NCBI RefSeq assembly: GCF_963921235.1
Contig: NC_086101.1
Location: forward strand, 6,450,001 to 6,514,000
Length of the DNA: 64,000 bases
From: Mobula hypostoma
Lineage: Eukaryota
Direction of reading: 5' to 3'
Shown: positions 63,212 through 64,000 of the stretch, piece by piece
Layout of the letters: each line of letters begins with the position of its first letter
How positions within the stretch are numbered: the first letter of the stretch is position 1
Program-made: the position numbers and the translations under genes
The notes under the pieces: generated by a model
The model's database searches: none
What the model was told of the DNA's origin: nothing
What the model saw: only the letters and a program-made list of their open reading frames with translations

Positions 63212-64000
63212 GTTTACTCATTTCCACACAGATGCTGCCTGGTCCAAACAGAGGATGTGCTGGGGGGGGGGGGGGGGCAGGTTCACAAGAGTCACCACAC
63301 ATTCCAGTGTCTATGTACCATTCCCACAACGCTCAGCAGAACAACGCAAGCAACAACAACAGACAAATAGGCCCCTTTCCTTTCTATCTCTCTCTCTCTC
63401 TCTATCCCTCTCCCTGCCTCTCCACACCTCTCCCTCACAAATACACACAGTTCCAGAAGGATCCAACTCCGGGCCGTCAGTCTTCAGTGGACTTGCTGAC
63501 ATCAGGCTTCCATGTACTGGACGTGCCTCGTAAAAAGGGACTTGATGTCCGAACTTGCTGACTTTGTTCTTCAACCTTATGGCTTCACTCTTCAGTTTGA
63601 CTCCAGGGCTCGCCAACAATGGAACCCTGAACTCCAGGCCTCGAGCTCTGGACTGACATAGACCTTCAACCCCTGGACTTGCCAACCTGGGGGCCACTGT
63701 ATTGCTGTTGTCCAGGTTATAGCTCTTCTGCAGAGTTGCAATAACTGAGTTTCGAGCAGGTCTTCTACTTTTTCGTTTTTTTTGTGTGCAATATTGCATT
63801 CTACTGAACCAGTGGGATAACTTCACTCACCCCATCCCTGAACTCAGTTCCCAACCTATGGACTCCCTTTCAAGGACTCTTCATCTCATGTTCTCGATAT
63901 TTATTGCTTATTTATTTTTTCTCTTTGTATTTGCCCAGCTTGTTGTTCTTTGCACATTGGTTGCTTGTCTGTTCTGTTGGGTGTGGTCTTTCTTTGATTC

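Noticed and set aside
62135..64000. CRAT exon 12
   Set aside because: No segment resembling the expected short helix (KVELLRKAVQAH-like) with splice sites was found; it probably lies beyond the window.

Overview
Repeat-rich vertebrate genomic DNA, most likely from a cartilaginous fish (shark or ray). That assignment is inferred from the mix of CR1 and Rex1 LINEs, V-domain tRNA-SINEs and Penelope-like repeats. The only host gene I can support is a + strand, multi-exon carnitine O-acetyltransferase (CRAT/cratb-like) gene. Its coding exons 1-11 (18850-62134) splice in frame into 493 codons with no stops, and the last exons lie beyond the window. The catalytic His (H343 of mammalian CRAT) is Gln (YEQSSAEG), and the carnitine-binding Tyr452 and Ser454 are Cys and Thr, while the ORF and a mitochondrial-type presequence are intact. 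It is therefore a candidate pseudoenzyme. Intron 4 probably has a GC donor. The rest is nested transposable elements: Rex1, CR1, Nimb/I-clade and RTE-type LINE pieces, Penelope-like elements whose terminal repeats carry minimal hammerhead-ribozyme motifs, several hAT elements with target-site duplications (TSDs), a Sleeping-Beauty-like Tc1 element with an internal inversion and a nested SINE, and TE-derived minisatellites. Comparisons with mammalian CRAT and Sleeping Beauty were made by eye from remembered sequences; no searches were run. TE boundaries without a TSD are approximate.
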